Shown here in pieces: positions 63,201-64,000 of a stretch of DNA of 64,000 nt (its first letter is position 1; every line of letters begins with the position of its first letter). A program made the translations under genes and the position numbers. A model generated the notes under the pieces. It worked only from the letters and a program-made list of their open reading frames with translations, did not search any database and was not told the DNA's origin. The DNA is from Moraxella sp. (GTDB taxonomy: Bacteria; Pseudomonadota; Gammaproteobacteria; Pseudomonadales; Moraxellaceae), in NCBI GenBank assembly GCA_030525705.1, contig JAUNEE010000001.1:13705-77704 (forward strand). Direction: 5' to 3'.

Positions 63201-64000
63201 ATGAATACAGACAGACTTACCATTTACACAGATGGTGCTTGCAAAGGCAATGGCAAAGCAGGCGACAGTGCAGGCGGTTATGGTGTTTTTATCAGTTACC
63301 CAGACGGTAGTTCCCGTAAAATCTGGGGCGGTGAACCTGCTACCACAAACAACCGCATGGAGCTTCTTGCTGCCATCACCGCCCTAGAAAGCACAAAAGA
63401 CAGTGCACTACCCATCACCCTTTACACCGACTCCAATTATGTCAAAGACGGCATTAGCAAATGGATACATGGCTGGAAACAAAAAGGCTGGAAAAAAGCC
63501 GATGGCAAGCCCGTCCTAAACCAAGAACTCTGGCAAAGACTGGACGCTGCAAGCCTAGGCAGGCAGATTGACTGGCAATGGATAAAAGGACACGCAGGAC
63601 ATCACGGCAATGAAATGGCGGACAGTCTTGCCAATGAAGGCGTCACAGGCAGCGGTGACCGCTTTTATCCCACAAACAACCCACCTCAGCCAAACCAAAA
63701 AACACCATCACAGGACAGCCCCATGCCTTATGACCATACACCATTTGACCACGCACCACTGGACGCCTACACGCCAGATGACGCCATGTCTTATGACAAC
63801 AGCCACGAACCCCCAAGCTCACCCAATAACAACGAAACTCATAGCCCAGTTAGCATAAAAAGCGACAACGCAGAAAACACCCCCGTTTATGATGGCGATA
63901 CCAGCCGTGCCAACCCATATTTTGTGCCGATTTTACCCACCCCCATCAACCACGGCAAGCCCGAACGCCAGCTCATCATGGATACAGAAACCACAGGTTT
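63201..64000 (+). CDS. dnaQ: RNase HI fused in frame to DNA polymerase III epsilon (5' part, runs off the window)
   Basis: Manual translation: [38 protein letters not shown], a Pro/Asp/Asn linker, then [11 protein letters not shown] (ExoI motif) in the same frame. Not in the ORF track. Confidence 0.92.
   Translation, partial: MNTDRLTIYTDGACKGNGKAGDSAGGYGVFISYPDGSSRKIWGGEPATTNNRMELLAAITALESTKDSALPITLYTDSNYVKDGISKWIHGWKQKGWKKADGKPVLNQELWQRLDAASLGRQIDWQWIKGHAGHHGNEMADSLANEGVTGSGDRFYPTNNPPQPNQKTPSQDSPMPYDHTPFDHAPLDAYTPDDAMSYDNSHEPPSSPNNNETHSPVSIKSDNAENTPVYDGDTSRANPYFVPILPTPINHGKPERQLIMDTETTG

Noticed and set aside
63610-63858. 82-aa ORF in the track
   Set aside because: Alternate frame inside the rnhA-dnaQ fusion.
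1-64000. CRISPR array, tRNA/rRNA, IS transposase, integrase or prophage genes
   Set aside because: No regularly spaced repeats, RNA-gene signatures or such proteins were recognised by eye.

Overview
Chromosomal segment of a Moraxellaceae bacterium, most likely a Moraxella species (inferred from gene content and order, an Lgt3-like two-domain glycosyltransferase and an rnhA-dnaQ fusion). From 2.9 to 21.6 kb, between aspS and rpoD, lies an AT-rich surface-glycan locus. It holds a lipid A acyltransferase, about ten glycosyltransferase-like genes, a Neisseria-like MsbA flippase, a 1170-aa GT2/coiled-coil/GT2/GT4 protein and rmlB-rmlD-rmlA-dgkA-rmlC. The rest is mostly housekeeping: rpoD, ybeD, sbcDC, ppk2, putA, nrdAB-yfaE, degS-like, Nif3-like, MltF-like, tusD/C/E, trmL, hemW, a DEAD-box helicase, csp, aroQ, ttcA, rlmKL, mscS, lysO, glnA and rnhA-dnaQ. 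The best candidate for an undescribed system is a polymerase/ruler/capping glycosyltransferase paired with an MsbA-type exporter instead of Wzm/Wzt. Features the ORF track misses or splits include a frameshifted entericidin gene, an amber-interrupted GNAT, a frameshifted DUF4328-like gene, a dispersed ~100-bp repeat, a structured nrdB leader and a lone XerD-type site. I saw no rRNA, tRNA, CRISPR array, transposase or prophage. All family assignments come from motif recognition by eye; no database search was run.
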